Shown piece after piece: positions 63,524-64,000 of a DNA stretch of 64,000 nt; position 1 is the stretch's first letter; each line of letters begins with the position of its first letter. This stretch comes from Aquificota bacterium (GTDB lineage: Bacteria > Aquificota > Aquificia > Aquificales > Hydrogenothermaceae): NCBI GenBank assembly GCA_013153635.1, contig JAADDZ010000009.1, positions 29,967 through 93,966 on the forward strand. Direction: 5' to 3'. The notes under the pieces are model-generated. The model was given only the letters and a program-made list of their open reading frames with translations, was not told the DNA's origin and did not search any database. The position numbers and the translations under genes are program-made.

Positions 63524-63552
63524 TTGTCACCTGAACTGACAAAAATTGTCAA
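63524..63552 (+). promoter_or_regulatory. Candidate enhancer (UAS): TTGTCA-N7-TGACAA plus a third TTGTCAA half-site
   Basis: TTGTCA (63524..63529), TGACAA (63537..63542) and TTGTCAA (63546..63552), about 55-80 bp upstream of the sigma-54 promoter. Confidence 0.45.
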
Positions 63553-63602
63553 CTTTTTGTTTCCTTATTCTGTTTTAGCTAATAATACCACACAAAATTT
63601 TT

Positions 63603-63618
63603 TGGCACACTTATTGCA
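63603..63618 (+). promoter_or_regulatory. Sigma-54 (-24/-12) promoter
   Basis: TGGCAC-actta-TTGCA is an exact match to TGGCAC-N5-TTGCW. It lies 38 nt upstream of the pilin ATG. Confidence 0.7.
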
Positions 63619-63656
63619 TATTAAAATATCAAACAAAACAAACCAAGGAGGTATTG

Positions 63657-64000
63657 ATGATGGAAAACATCACTCTACAACAGGAGCAACAGCTCCAACA
63701 AAAGAAAAAAGCCCAAAAAGGGTTTACTCTAATCGAGCTACTTATCGTTGTAGCTATCATAGCTATCCTAGCCGCTATAGCTCTTCCACAGTTCTCTAAG
63801 TACAAACAAAGCGCTTATAGAGATGCTGTAAGAAGTGACATCAAGAATGCTGTTACTGCAATAGAAGCGTTCGCCGCTGATTTTGGAAATTATCCAAACG
63901 CTACAAGTTGTGGACCAGGACCTGCCCAATGTGACCTTACAGACGGAACGAATACTATAAATAATGCTCTTAATGTTTCCAGAAATGTTACAATTACAAT
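63657..64000 (+). CDS. Type IV pilin / pseudopilin precursor (3' end outside window)
   Basis: ATG is 6 nt after AAGGAGG. Product begins MMENITLQQEQQLQQKKKAQKG|FTLIELLIVVAIIAILAAIALPQF, i.e. a prepilin peptidase site G|F and E+5. This ORF is not in the track because it has no stop in the window. Confidence 0.85.
   Translation, partial: MMENITLQQEQQLQQKKKAQKGFTLIELLIVVAIIAILAAIALPQFSKYKQSAYRDAVRSDIKNAVTAIEAFAADFGNYPNATSCGPGPAQCDLTDGTNTINNALNVSRNVTIT

Noticed and set aside
63524-63799. 91-aa ORF overlapping the pilin start
   Set aside because: It is in a different frame from a clear prepilin ORF that has an RBS and a G|FTLIEL site. It also covers the promoter and enhancer region.
1-64000. CRISPR arrays, IS elements or transposases, integrases, prophage genes, rRNA
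   Set aside because: While reading both strands I saw no regularly spaced direct repeats, no transposase or integrase-like ORFs and no rRNA-like GC-rich stretches. The only mobile-looking segment is the R-M pair, and it has no recognisable flanking repeats.

Overview
AT-rich (about one third GC by eye), gene-dense bacterial chromosome segment. I call about 58 CDS and one tRNA-Gly. I saw no rRNA, CRISPR array or transposase. The K/E/I-rich proteins, a short citryl-CoA-lyase-like citrate synthase, UbiA/UbiD-type quinone genes and many sulfur genes suggest a thermophilic Aquificota genome, possibly Hydrogenothermaceae-like; this is inference only, with no search possible. Most of the window is housekeeping: feoB, fabZ, nrdBA, engB-clpX-clpP-tig, thiD, cimA, mraY, metF, hemC, hemH, rpoZ.

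The regions worth a second look are:
1. 4951..19296: a 14-kb co-directional island. It joins a periplasmic tandem rhodanese, a YeeE/YedE channel, an unlisted 45-aa membrane ORF and a Cys-less rhodanese ending in GGGGGCL. These are followed by a Tat-exported type II DMSO-reductase-family enzyme (alpha, beta, and a gamma fused to cytochrome c), a secreted protein ending in KGCL, a TtrBCA-ordered second molybdoenzyme and a single TorD-type chaperone. This is my best candidate for an undescribed sulfur or selenium redox system.
2. 45365..47906: an archaeal-type prefoldin alpha plus mini-beta pair in a bacterium. It is flanked by an unknown 237-aa protein, a GC-rich structured intergenic RNA and a secreted YfdX-like protein.
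3. 38599..40282: an EcoRV-family restriction-modification island. In a manual scan GATATC appears only once in the window against roughly 20 expected.
4. 23095..24084: an NrdB with class Ic signatures (Phe at the radical-Tyr position), behind tandem NrdR boxes.
5. 54252..59585: two paralogous ArnT-like GT-C glycosyltransferases sandwiching hemC and translationally coupled to an MsbA-like ABC exporter.
6. 60662..64000: a consensus sigma-54 promoter with an upstream TTGTCA palindrome in front of a long-leader type IV pilin, next to a PilS/PilR-like pair.
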